A DNA stretch of 63,968 bases, counting the filler. It is 9 parts of 9 records of this genome, joined end to end, with 100 filler letters (N's around TTAATTAATTAA, not from the genome) between each part and the next. Parts side by side here need not be neighbours in the genome. Positions count along the whole stretch, not along the records: positions 40,178 to 49,652 come from SRR31156797_16396; positions 49,753 to 58,811 come from SRR31156797_16408; 7 more parts are not named here. One strand, written 5' to 3'. The notes beneath the pieces are model-generated. The model searched no databases, was not told the origin of the DNA, and was given only the letters and a program-made list of their open reading frames with translations. Below are positions 43,801 through 52,624 of this stretch, piece by piece (position 1 is the first letter of the stretch; each line of letters begins with the position of its first letter). Both the position numbers and the translations under genes were made by a program.

Positions 43801-44563
43801 GGTTCAAAGAGAATTTGTTTATTTGTATGACAAATATTTAATCGTATTTGATAAAATTAATGCGGTTAAAGATGAATTTAAAAAATCATGGCTGCTGCAC
43901 AGCGGCAGCTACTATGATAAATCAGGAGAACCGTTTCTTAACGGTACAGAGACCCTGGTTCAAGGCGATTTAACGGCAGGTATTTTTGAGTCTGCGAATA
44001 CGGACTTGGTTACCATTGAAAGAGAAGAAAGCAAACTTTTCTGTAAAACATTGTTACCTGAATCCCACCTGACAAGAAAAATAGGTGGCAGTGGATTTGA
44101 ATTCTGGGTGGATGGAAGTAATGAACCGTTATCCGTTACCAACATTCCTGAAGACCGTCTATCTGACGATCCAGGGGCATGGCGGTTTGAGGTTCAGCCA
44201 CTTATAGGACAGAAAAATGATCTGTTTTTACATATCCTTCAACCAGAGTTCTTGCATGCTCAATCCATGGTCGATTCAAATCTTATCTCTTCATCAAATA
44301 TGTCCGGTGCCTTTATCGCGGATACAACAAATCCATCTATTGTACTCTTTTCAAAAACAGATTCACCTGTTCATTCCACAACCTATAGAACAATTATGTC
44401 ACAAAATAGTCTTAGCAAACATTTTTTCTTTGGTTTAGCACCCGGAATCTATTCATTCCAGGTGGATGGAAGACAGATAAAAAATAACCTTCAAGTGTCT
44501 GCTAATGGGAGCTTGCTGATTGAACATATTGGAGGAGAGGTCTTTGCGCTTATAAAACAATAA
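40829..44563 (+). CDS. Large secreted protein: DNRLRE-like domain, two Ig-like (Big_9/tandem-95) repeats, heparinase II/III-like polysaccharide lyase
   Basis: RALIKFDLSDIPSG...AYLEL; two IPNQ.W...F.LD.YF repeats; FHNY, HSQMDHGTFTIF, AIDSGYY, NYWKRTIAHNTLLI, NDGGQR. Confidence 0.78.
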   Translation: MKIFHPIQLIKWSFFIFFFCWLNINPTLAAKTFETTDYISSGFNTTGRSANFDQNSIREGSFFWFIKKLFELSRTVYNHPPERKARIEFQNGFSPNQTYDGAFANTIGGPGGASKFVYQKLFTGNRYKETDYRALIKFDLSDIPSGVLIENAYLELFSDHSLDSRELNVGLYKILSDWSPTPPHNAYGDIIATEGLVVWEWASKDISSWYTPGGDFNPEPVSTALIKAPNTWYNWEISSLVQDWVDYPDENYGAILKDSDDSGIENWKRFRGARVNYQTQTRPKLIIEYSPSIIPNQEWNSSVSLDDVFDLDHYFQDPDNDILTYTASVIDNPQIDVRIDSSNKVTFSSPPDWYGTETVTFFVDDGYGGKNHSNTVQLTVWRAVEIPNQRWQKNIVLRNAFNLDDYFSEAENFTVSTEDNPNINVIVHNDHNVSFVPINNFSGSETVVFTTENSQGLQKSYPVYLTVESPENETILTEHPRIFINSDNKPFLMDKIWGPLSNAFNVLKTSEHEKIQKGRVEYIKDYVYKQAYLYQMTGEERFASNTIAAMEKVPTWVAAYARSETGEHSTAMETLAIGFDWVYDQLSKEQKEYFISLINSYYEKTVEDLSVLPDFHNYGATAWIGLLISGLATYGENDKALEYMSFARDIVEYGKEMPKAFYHLKSSIDATGGAMNWEGPTYSRRTMFNIFKYAEALRTAHGDKVNPWTSLLEQAEEAGYYILYMTRPDHKFQYSSDSNYPGVSYFEITNLCILANQFKNGHFKQYIDQYYHLENNTFVTDIWPGKYMQPLTYYLLWYDPSLGAESLDTLPSSGKFGDTVVIRNGFGQDDTMITIKAGPHWGFHSQMDHGTFTIFKKQPLAIDSGYYDSWSRGKSHNWNYWKRTIAHNTLLIKNDEEVWPDWPKGTTPKNDGGQRWAFTTFNPPNDGNRHSHNRPFSGYDMDVRYDEFGMGKIERFETNENIYDYVKVDLTNAYNNIYAGHGNNQPEKVHLVQREFVYLYDKYLIVFDKINAVKDEFKKSWLLHSGSYYDKSGEPFLNGTETLVQGDLTAGIFESANTDLVTIEREESKLFCKTLLPESHLTRKIGGSGFEFWVDGSNEPLSVTNIPEDRLSDDPGAWRFEVQPLIGQKNDLFLHILQPEFLHAQSMVDSNLISSSNMSGAFIADTTNPSIVLFSKTDSPVHSTTYRTIMSQNSLSKHFFFGLAPGIYSFQVDGRQIKNNLQVSANGSLLIEHIGGEVFALIKQ

Positions 44564-44595
44564 GATATATTGTTTTTCTTTGTAAAAATTATGAT

Positions 44596-44628
44596 GAATG
44601 AGACTCTTCATGCGGAGGAGTCTCATTC
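44596..44628. terminator. Hairpin between the convergent lyase and PEP-CTERM genes
   Basis: GAATGAGACTC...GAGTCTCATTC. Confidence 0.7.
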
Positions 44629-44650
44629 TATCCAAAGAAGGTGTTGTATA

Positions 44651-45577
44651 TTAATTTTTTCTTTGACGCCTACGTCCAATTGCTCCTGCGCCTAATAGCC
44701 CCATACCGAAAAGAATCATGGTGGAAGGTTCAGGAATTTCTGAGGTATAAGCAAAATCTGATCTGACAGCCAGAAAATCATTTCCGCACGATGGTTGCCA
44801 GAACATGGCTACAGAATCATTATTAGTATCAAAAGTTGAAAAAAGAGTGCTTAATTCACCTGATAATTCATTTAAATCAATAGCCATCTCTAGTGTGTAC
44901 CGACCATTGTAATAGTTGCGACCTTCTTTCTCATTCCATTCACTACCACTATTAACAGTGCTAAATGCATATTCTTTTAAAAGATCAGGATTAGTAACAG
45001 ATGTAGCTATATGATCTGCTGTCGCTGTAGCTTGGTTTATTTCCCAGTCAGTATAGAAATTGTTTTCATAAGAACCAACACCTGTCCCCGAAAGTGTTCC
45101 AGCTAAAAGTGTGATATCTAAATTGTCATTAGCATCAAATGTTAAATCAATAGCAAAATCATAAACACCGGATTGGGTTGCACTCGCTGTATTATAATCA
45201 TTAAAACTACTATCACTGTTGCTTCCCAACATAAAAATAAAATCACCTGGATCTATATTTCTGGTAGCAGGGTCAGAAGAAATATCATACTGAGTTTGTA
45301 TTCCTATATAAAGAATATTTTCATTTATATATAAACCCAATTCTTCTACGTCATATTCGTCTCCATTTGTATTTCCCTCTTCAACAATTACATTTTTTAG
45401 TGCAGATCCGGCATTAAAATTTCCGGATATAATGGAAATATTATCATTGCCCAAACTTCCCCAATCACTTGGGTCGTCATATTCCATAACACCATTAATT
45501 GTAGGCGCCGCATTTAAAGCAGGTACAAAGAAAGCCATAATTAATATAACAAGGATTAAGTTTAATTTTTTTTTCAT
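44651..45577 (-). CDS. PEP-CTERM sorting-domain surface protein
   Basis: Signal peptide MKKKLNLIL...; C-terminal IPEPSTMILFGMGLLGAGAIGRRRQRKN; W.PSCGND motif. Confidence 0.93.
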   Translation of the reverse strand: MKKKLNLILVILIMAFFVPALNAAPTINGVMEYDDPSDWGSLGNDNISIISGNFNAGSALKNVIVEEGNTNGDEYDVEELGLYINENILYIGIQTQYDISSDPATRNIDPGDFIFMLGSNSDSSFNDYNTASATQSGVYDFAIDLTFDANDNLDITLLAGTLSGTGVGSYENNFYTDWEINQATATADHIATSVTNPDLLKEYAFSTVNSGSEWNEKEGRNYYNGRYTLEMAIDLNELSGELSTLFSTFDTNNDSVAMFWQPSCGNDFLAVRSDFAYTSEIPEPSTMILFGMGLLGAGAIGRRRQRKN

Positions 45578-45630
45578 AGTCTTTGCCTTTTTAATTTTGT
45601 TATTACATTGCAAGTTTTAAATTTATAATA

Positions 45631-45646
45631 TGCAATAACAATACCA
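45631..45646 (-). promoter_or_regulatory. Sigma54 -24/-12 promoter of the PEP-CTERM gene
   Basis: TGGTAT-TGTTA-TTGCA versus consensus TGGCAC-N5-TTGC; TTTACA box upstream at 45775-45780. Confidence 0.7.
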
Positions 45647-45801
45647 TTAGGTGTCGCAATGCTATTTTAAACAAGAAATGCTTACTTTACAATGGTTTAA
45701 CGTTTATATTCAGTACAATCCCGGAAAAGTTTTTTTAAAACTTCTTAATTTTAGGTACTTTTATACATATTAAATGTAAAAAAATTCATATTCTTAATTG
45801 A

Positions 45802-48144
45802 TTAATTTAACATCCTTCTTGCCATTTCAGCATCTTTAAATCCTGGATCTATATCAAGGGCTTTTTTAAAATACAGTCTTGCTTTTTCAAATTCCTGGTT
45901 CTGGTACAAAGCCATTCCATAATGAAAACAAGTTAAGGCGCTATCCGGATTTATTTTAAGGCTCTCTTCAAATTCGGAAAGCGCATTCAGATAATTTGCT
46001 TTATGATATAAAACCCACCCCATAGTATCTAATACATTTGGGTCTTTAGGTGCTTTTTCCCTGGCAATGGATGCGTACTTAAAAGCTTCGTCAGTTGCAC
46101 CTTTACGCTCAGAAAGAATAAAGGCCAGGTTATTTGCGGCATCAGTGTGTTGGGGTATAAATTCTAAAACTTTCCTGTAATATAATTCCGCATTATCAAT
46201 ATCTTTAAATGTATCGTAAATCATCCCAATGGAAATAAGGGCAGGAATATGGTCAGATTTAATGGCTTCAATTTCTTTATATTGTTCAAGCGCTTTTTTG
46301 GTGTTTCCCTGTCGAGCCAGCAATCTTGCTATATACATCCGGGGTAAAATAAAACGGATTTCTTTGTCTGCTGCTTTTTTAAATAATTTAAACGCCTGAT
46401 CAATTTCCCTGTCAGCCAAATAAATCTCTCCTTTTAAATTATTGAAAAATGCCTCCTTATCCGGAGAGGATTGAACAGCATAGGTTTCAACCAGTTCAAG
46501 TGCCTGTTTATATTTTTTCTGGTCAATATAGATATCGGCCATCATTTTTATAAGAATGATATGATCAGGTTCCATGTCAAATGCTTTTTGAAAATGAGCC
46601 ATAGCCAGATCCGGTTTACTCATTGAATTATAAAGCGTCCCAAGACGGATATACGCAGGGAAATAAGCTGGCCTGTTTTGAATAATATTTGTTAGAATTT
46701 TTTCGGCCCCTTTAAAATCTTTTTCAAGAAGATGGATTCCGGATAAAAGCGTCATGGTCCGGATATCAGGTGATGTCAGTTTAAAGACCTCTTTCATCTG
46801 CTCTTTTGCTTTTGCTATATTTTTTTCAAGAATATAAACTTCTAAAAGCTTGAGCCTGGCATCTAAAAAATCACTATCTATAGTGATTGCGGCCTGAAGA
46901 TTAATTTTAATCTGATTTTTTTCAAATTCTTCGGGTTTATCAAGCATACCCGCTGCCGCCCTGAATATTTTTTGCTCGGGCCGTTCGGAAGCTCCCCGCT
47001 GTTCGATACATAATGCCCTTAAATAATATGCTTTCGCATTTACTTGATTCATATCAATCACCTGATCAAACAGATCCAAAGCATCTTTAAAATTTTCTTG
47101 GGCCATAAATATACGGCCCTGCTGAAAAAGAGCATCCACAGAATTCTTTTTGATAGATAGAGCTTTTTTTACTGTATTCTCCGCTTCATCCAGCCGGTTA
47201 AACTGAAGATAAACCTGTGCCATACTGGTAAGAATTAAAATATTATCGGGATGATTCTCTAAAGCTTTTTCTATAGTAGTAACCGCCTTCTCCTCTTCGT
47301 TCATCCGGGTATAATGCTCTGATAGATTAATTAACGGCTCAATTCGATCCGGCGCTTCTTTAATCGCTTCAAGAAAATATTCTTCAGCTAATTCAAATTT
47401 TTTTAGGCCCTGATAAAATTTTGCCAGGTCTGTAAGTTTATTAAGCCTTATACCTGGTGTTTCTAACATATCTTTGAGTAATTGTTCCGCTTTACCCCAC
47501 TTTTGTTGTGATCCATAAAGTTGAACAAGTCCCATATACGCTTCCCTTAAAGATGAATCATAATTGATAGCTTTTATATAAGCCTGTTCAGCCCTATCCG
47601 GATTTTTATTTTCTAAATATAATCGTGCAAGGGATACATAGGTTTTAGTATTCTTCTCATCAATAGAAAGTGCCTTGTTCAAAGTTGCAATAGCTGATTT
47701 TATGTCCCTTTCCTTTATCTGGACACCGGCCATTAAATGATAGGCTTCTAACGAAGTCGGGTTAATTTCCATCACTTTATTCACATGATCCCTGGCATCC
47801 AGAAGTTGACCTGTCTGCATAAAAACCTGTGCAAGCCTGAGCAGGGGTAACGTAGTTTCCGGATTTGCTTTTGCGGCTAAATTATAATACCGGATGGCAC
47901 TATTAACCTGACCGTTTAACACATAAGCCTCAGCCAGTTCAAATAGTACTATATCATTATCAGGATCTATATTGATGGCATTTCGATATTCTATAATCGC
48001 AGTTTGAGTTTTCTTTTGTGCCATAAACTGCCTGGCATTCTCTATATATTCATTCAATTTTGCTTTATTTTCATCAGCGCAACCAACCACCATTATAAAA
48101 AGGATAAATATTACTGATAAAAAAATGCGGTGTATTAAAGGCAT
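45802..48144 (-). CDS. PEP-CTERM system TPR-repeat lipoprotein (PrsT-like)
   Basis: Lipobox VVGC, AIIEYRNAINIDP, many TPRs, AANNLAFIL...VLDTMGWVLY. Confidence 0.85.
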   Translation of the reverse strand: MPLIHRIFLSVIFILFIMVVGCADENKAKLNEYIENARQFMAQKKTQTAIIEYRNAINIDPDNDIVLFELAEAYVLNGQVNSAIRYYNLAAKANPETTLPLLRLAQVFMQTGQLLDARDHVNKVMEINPTSLEAYHLMAGVQIKERDIKSAIATLNKALSIDEKNTKTYVSLARLYLENKNPDRAEQAYIKAINYDSSLREAYMGLVQLYGSQQKWGKAEQLLKDMLETPGIRLNKLTDLAKFYQGLKKFELAEEYFLEAIKEAPDRIEPLINLSEHYTRMNEEEKAVTTIEKALENHPDNILILTSMAQVYLQFNRLDEAENTVKKALSIKKNSVDALFQQGRIFMAQENFKDALDLFDQVIDMNQVNAKAYYLRALCIEQRGASERPEQKIFRAAAGMLDKPEEFEKNQIKINLQAAITIDSDFLDARLKLLEVYILEKNIAKAKEQMKEVFKLTSPDIRTMTLLSGIHLLEKDFKGAEKILTNIIQNRPAYFPAYIRLGTLYNSMSKPDLAMAHFQKAFDMEPDHIILIKMMADIYIDQKKYKQALELVETYAVQSSPDKEAFFNNLKGEIYLADREIDQAFKLFKKAADKEIRFILPRMYIARLLARQGNTKKALEQYKEIEAIKSDHIPALISIGMIYDTFKDIDNAELYYRKVLEFIPQHTDAANNLAFILSERKGATDEAFKYASIAREKAPKDPNVLDTMGWVLYHKANYLNALSEFEESLKINPDSALTCFHYGMALYQNQEFEKARLYFKKALDIDPGFKDAEMARRMLN

Positions 48145-48155
48145 AATATATTTCC

Positions 48156-49366
48156 CTAATTTTTATGATTAAACCGGTATAGAGGATCTGCTATAAAAAC
48201 CATTTTCCAGGAAAGATATGGTAAACTTATCAGATAGCATTCGGCAATAGTTAAATAACCTTGTATAAGGTATTTATAAAAAATTTCAGGCATGGGAAAA
48301 GACTGAACATAAGGTTCTCCCACCGGACCTACTGTGGCAGCAATACCATAATCCAACATTTTTTTACACCAAACCTGGCTGTTTTTTTGTTTTAATGTCG
48401 TACATTCTGAACTGGCGATGTGAAATCCCACCGACCCTTTTTGCCAGGTAAACGCATCCACATATTTTGCAAGGCTGTACCAGCCGCAATAAATTGCTGC
48501 ATTGGGGCTTTCGCCTTTTTGGAATAATTTTGGGGTGTCATCCAGCACCACTTTCATAGATGTATTTTCGGAAAGTATCTGAGCGCTTCGATGAATGGAA
48601 CGATCGTATAGGCCATAACCGGTCACTTTTTTATCTTTGGGGTTTTTCCAACGGGCATCAAAATAGGCGGTACCGTTGAGCCCTTTTTTTTCGGCTTCTA
48701 TGCTGTCGTTAATGATTCGTTTGACGGTTTTACTGTCTGCCCCGTCAAGACGGCTGACCATGAGGACTTGGGATTTGTCGATGGGCACTTTATTATTTTC
48801 CCAGCCTAAAAAGAATGGATTGGGCAGCCAGAAATTCAGGTCATATTGCTCTTTTTTGACCAGCATGAGTTCTGAATCCAGGGACGCTACCTTATCTCTT
48901 CCCTGTTTGAACCTTTTAATCTCACGGTTGATCAAATTTAATTTTTTTTTTTAAATTTTTCTGATTTTTTATCGTTTTTCAGCTGGACGTCTATTATAAA
49001 TTTTTTTTGGGTCAAACTTTCTAACTTTTTTTGTTCTTCGGGAGATAAACCTGGGGAAGCGATTCTTAAAGGAACCCCGTAAATGGTAACCAATGCCCGG
49101 ATATCAGGGTTTTTTATTACGGCTCTTCGGACAGGCGGTATGATCTTTTTTTCATAGACCTCCCTTGAGCAGGTTTCTTTATCGGTTACGAATAATAAAA
49201 CCAGATTATCTTTTGGAATATTTCTTTTTTTCATGTAATAGGCTGCCAGACCTTTGCCGTCGGCTGTGTTCATATTGGCAACAACCAAAACTTCATGGGG
49301 GGCAAGGGCATGGGCTGATGAAGCGAACAGCAATAGACATAGACAACCATAAATCAACCGCTTCAT
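48156..49366 (-). pseudogene. TIGR03790-family protein split by a frameshift in an A11 run (48942-48952)
   Basis: N-part ALAPHEVLVVAN...LAAYYMKKRNIP; C-part ASLDSEL, MVSRLDG, YCGWYS, VGEPY; A12 or A9 would restore one ORF. Confidence 0.8.
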
Positions 49367-49367
49367 A

Positions 49368-49652
49368 TTACCACAACTCCCAGTGCCCGAAGTAATAGAC
49401 ATAAAGGGCCAACCCGATATTGGTTACCCCGTGGGCGACAATGCAGGAAATCAGATCTTTTCTCAATATCCACAAAAGGGTCATGAGTAGGCCGTAAGCA
49501 ATGGATGCGGGCCATTCACCTACCACATGGCCCGCAGCAAAAATAATAGTTGAAATTACAATGGCATAAACAGTCCACTGTCCGGGTGCGACATCAACAA
49601 TGCTGGCCTCATCCAGGGCTGCAGAAAAGGCTTTTGGCGTTTTTTGCCTGCG
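49368..49652 (-). CDS. CAAX-protease-related (Abi/CPBP) membrane protein, C-terminal fragment
   Basis: Not in the ORF track. Manual translation ...STIIFAAGHVVGEWPASIAYG...DLISCIVAHGVTNIGLALYVYYFGHWELW. Confidence 0.82.
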   Translation of the reverse strand, partial: RRQKTPKAFSAALDEASIVDVAPGQWTVYAIVISTIIFAAGHVVGEWPASIAYGLLMTLLWILRKDLISCIVAHGVTNIGLALYVYYFGHWELW

Positions 49653-49752
49653 NNNNNNNNNNNNNNNNNNNNNNNNNNNNNNNNNNNNNNNNNNNNTTAA
49701 TTAATTAANNNNNNNNNNNNNNNNNNNNNNNNNNNNNNNNNNNNNNNNNNNN
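49653..49752. other. Artificial contig spacer
   Basis: N-run + TTAATTAATTAA + N-run. Confidence 0.99.
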
Positions 49753-49754
49753 TG

Positions 49755-50627
49755 GATAATTGGGTCAAAGCCGCGGAATCCCAGGTCAAAGCCAATAAAA
49801 TACTCCAGGAATTCGCAAAGTGGGAGTATGGCATCAATAAAAAACTCCGAAAATCTTCCGCCGTGAGCGAAAAACAGGAACGCGAATCCAGGCGCAGTTA
49901 CCTTAATTCCAATGTAAAGATCGAAGAAAGTCAGGCCATGTTTCGTGCGGCCGAGGCCTTCCAGTCCATAATGAATCTGTTGCCCACATATGTTAACCGC
50001 AACCTGGAACGGACGCGGGTAATAAGCCCGGTGCAAGGAACGGTGTTAAAGCGTTATGTCTGGAATGAAAAGGTAATGACCCCGGGTGAGCCGCTGCTGG
50101 ATATAGGAGACATGAACGAACTGGAGATTACCGCCGATATCCTGACCGAGGAGGCCGTGCGCATGCAGCCTGGCGACCGGGTTGATATCTTCGGTGAATC
50201 CATCGGCTACAAGCATGTTCAAGGCGTTATAAGACTTGTGGAGCCGGAAGCCTTTAAGAAAATATCATCATTGGGAGTCGAGGAACAGCGGGTTTCGGTG
50301 AAAATATCCTTTGCCCGGGGAACCCTGGACGCATTGAAAAAGTCGGGCCGGACCCTGGGGCTTAACTACCGGGTTCGCGTAAGAGTGATCACGGATGAAA
50401 AAGAACAGGCCTTGATTGTTCCCCGCACCGCTCTTTTCCGGGGAATTGACGGAAGCTGGAAGCTTTATCGTGTTGAACAGGATCGGGCGAGCCTGACCAG
50501 TATTGAAGTGGGGCTGATGAACGACCACCAGGCGGAGATTGTTTCCGGCGTACAAGCAGGAGATACGGTTATCGTGGCTCCGGAATCTTCCATAAACGAC
50601 GGCGTGCGGGTGGCGCCAATGGAATAA
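49755..50627 (+). CDS. Efflux periplasmic adaptor (MFP) subunit, 5'-truncated
   Basis: ISPVQGTVL, VEPEAFKKISSLGVEEQRV, LIVPRTALFR; frame open to the contig start. Confidence 0.88.
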   Translation, partial: DNWVKAAESQVKANKILQEFAKWEYGINKKLRKSSAVSEKQERESRRSYLNSNVKIEESQAMFRAAEAFQSIMNLLPTYVNRNLERTRVISPVQGTVLKRYVWNEKVMTPGEPLLDIGDMNELEITADILTEEAVRMQPGDRVDIFGESIGYKHVQGVIRLVEPEAFKKISSLGVEEQRVSVKISFARGTLDALKKSGRTLGLNYRVRVRVITDEKEQALIVPRTALFRGIDGSWKLYRVEQDRASLTSIEVGLMNDHQAEIVSGVQAGDTVIVAPESSINDGVRVAPME

Positions 50628-50652
50628 GGGGCTGTATGGAATAATCAGATAT

Positions 50653-50680
50653 AAACCGGGAGATAATTCCCGGTTTTTTT
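50653..50680 (+). terminator. Intrinsic terminator
   Basis: AAACCGGGA-GATAAT-TCCCGGTTTTTTT. Confidence 0.8.
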
Positions 50681-50751
50681 ACTTATTCTGTTTATGTATC
50701 CTTTTTTCCGATACGGGCGCCTTTCAATTCAATCCCCGCATTTCATGCACT

Positions 50752-51396
50752 TTAGACGACTTTCAGCAAAGACAGGTATTTAATCCAGTCGTCGCCGTAT
50801 CGGTCTTCGGCCACTATACGCACGGGGCGCCCGTGTTTTTCCGGTAGGGTTTGTCCGTTGACTCCGTAGGCCAGGAATATTTTCTCCGCGTCTATTTCCT
50901 CCATGGTAAAGATCTCCTCCTTGGCTGTGGTCCGGCGCAATGGTCCGTAAGCTTTTACTTTTGTTGCGCCCGGCTTCAAACCGCATTCCTTGAGAAGCTG
51001 TTTCAATGGAAACCCTTTCCATGTAGCGACATAGGAAAATACGCCCGGGCAGATGAGTAGAACCTTTTTTTCCATGACCGGCATATTAAGAATATCCTGG
51101 TACGAAAGTGAAAGGGGCTGGTCTATTTCCCCCTGGACATCAAGCCGCCATGTTTCGAGATCGACGTCGTATTTCGTGCGGCCCATTGTTCCAAATTCTT
51201 CAATAGGCGTGTTGTCGAGCAATTTTGGATCAAGGTCTGCCGGATCTCTATTGATTAGCTCCGATGGCTTCGTATGCCCGGGCAGGACGTATTTTTTAGC
51301 CGCGGCCCAGAGCAATCCGGCGCGACCGATCACAACCAGGCCCGCGGCGGTTATTCCCGCTCCGATAATTTTCAGCAATGTTCTTCGGTTGTGCAT
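50752..51396 (-). CDS. Tat-exported molybdopterin-dependent oxidoreductase (sulfite oxidase/MsrP-like Mo domain)
   Basis: NRRTLLK Tat motif; WRLDVQG, LLICP, WKG, LAYGVNGQTLPEKHGRPVR, WIKYL. Confidence 0.82.
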   Translation of the reverse strand: MHNRRTLLKIIGAGITAAGLVVIGRAGLLWAAAKKYVLPGHTKPSELINRDPADLDPKLLDNTPIEEFGTMGRTKYDVDLETWRLDVQGEIDQPLSLSYQDILNMPVMEKKVLLICPGVFSYVATWKGFPLKQLLKECGLKPGATKVKAYGPLRRTTAKEEIFTMEEIDAEKIFLAYGVNGQTLPEKHGRPVRIVAEDRYGDDWIKYLSLLKVV

Positions 51397-51480
51397 GATC
51401 AAAACCTTCCGGGCGCGATAGCCTTAAACAACACTTCCATGCTGTGAGGCTAGCTTTTTGCACTTGGCCGTCACGACGGC

Positions 51481-51921
51481 TTATGACGAGAATAGCTCTT
51501 GCGCTCTCCTCTCTATTTCTTCGGTTGAGAGTTCCTCTATCATTTGGCCGAATGCCCACCGGTAGCCAAACGGATCTTTAACGATTGCCGATCGCGTTCC
51601 CGAGAATTGGTCGGCAGGTTCGCTTAAAGGTTGTGCTCCGGCTTTAACGGCCCGATCAAAGGACTGATCACAGTTGTCGGTAAGAATTGAGAAAAGGCAC
51701 GAAGCCATGGCGCCGTCCGGCATGGCAAAGGCATGCCATTCCGGAGATTCGCCGGATAAGTAAATATGAGTATTGCCGATTTTGAATTCTGAGTGAGCAA
51801 TCGATCCATCCGGGGCGGTCATTCGGTATAGTTCTTCAGCGCCAAAGGCTTTTACGTAAAAATCCAGGGCCGCGGCGCCGTCTTTTACTGTTAAAGAAAA
51901 GTTGACTGTGGGTTGTTCCAT
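51481..51921 (-). CDS. VOC/glyoxalase-family (PhnB-like) protein
   Basis: ALDFYVKAFGAEE, IAHSEFKIG, KDPFGYRW. Confidence 0.88.
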   Translation of the reverse strand: MEQPTVNFSLTVKDGAAALDFYVKAFGAEELYRMTAPDGSIAHSEFKIGNTHIYLSGESPEWHAFAMPDGAMASCLFSILTDNCDQSFDRAVKAGAQPLSEPADQFSGTRSAIVKDPFGYRWAFGQMIEELSTEEIERRAQELFSS

Positions 51922-52098
51922 ACTATTTTGCCCCCTTGAATGCGCTTTTACGCACGCAGGTCATGAATCTTCCTGCTTTTCAAATTGATCGTAATTTCAG
52001 CCTTATTGTATTTTAGACCCAAGCAGTGCATTTTGCGAATTCCGATATACGATTGCGCCGCAATATTTGTAAAAATAAATGTTGATATATTTATATAA

Positions 52099-52112
52099 AG
52101 TGTATATGCACA
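52099..52112. promoter_or_regulatory. Putative MarR operator 1
   Basis: AGTGTATATGCACA, a near-palindrome just upstream of the marR RBS. Confidence 0.75.
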
Positions 52113-52129
52113 TAGTAGGAGGCGCGTAA

Positions 52130-52573
52130 ATGGATTTGAACGATAAAGAGTTCAGAGCATACATGGGCAGGAATTGCGCCTGCTTTAACCTCAGAAAAGC
52201 CGCCAGGCTGGTAAGCCAAAAATACGATCATGCTCTAAAGCAAACCGGACTTAACGCGAACCAGTTCTCCATACTTGTCGCAGCCTTTGACAGGGATGGG
52301 ATTGTTTTGTCAAAACTGGCCAAAGGCCTGGGCATGGAACGAACTACGTTGACTCGAAACCTGTCGATTCTTGAACGTATGGGTTTTGTCGAGATAACGC
52401 CGGGTCAGGATAAGCGGGAAAGGTTGGTGTCTGTTTCTGAATCGGGCAAGGAAGCATTGCAGGGGTCGATTCCGCTCTGGCAAAAGGCCCAGATGGAAAT
52501 GGTCGACCTTGTCGGGGAGGAAAACTGGGAAAGCCTATTGACGGGCCTTCAGGAAGTTTCAAGAAAGATGTAA
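52130..52573 (+). CDS. MarR-family regulator
   Basis: CACFNLRKAAR...YD, QFSIL, MERTTLTRNL, DKRER. Confidence 0.93.
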   Translation: MDLNDKEFRAYMGRNCACFNLRKAARLVSQKYDHALKQTGLNANQFSILVAAFDRDGIVLSKLAKGLGMERTTLTRNLSILERMGFVEITPGQDKRERLVSVSESGKEALQGSIPLWQKAQMEMVDLVGEENWESLLTGLQEVSRKM

Positions 52574-52589
52574 TTTTTTTGTTCAGTTG

Positions 52590-52603
52590 TGTGCATATAC
52601 ACT
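52590..52603. promoter_or_regulatory. Putative MarR operator 2
   Basis: TGTGCATATACACT, the exact reverse complement of operator 1, upstream of the Fe-S gene RBS. Confidence 0.75.
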
Positions 52604-52624
52604 AAATAGTGGAGGAATAAAACC

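Noticed and set aside
52099-52603. marR as a mini-transposon bounded by terminal inverted repeats
   Set aside because: Each repeat is itself near-palindromic and sits beside an RBS, as operators do; no target duplication or transposase is seen.
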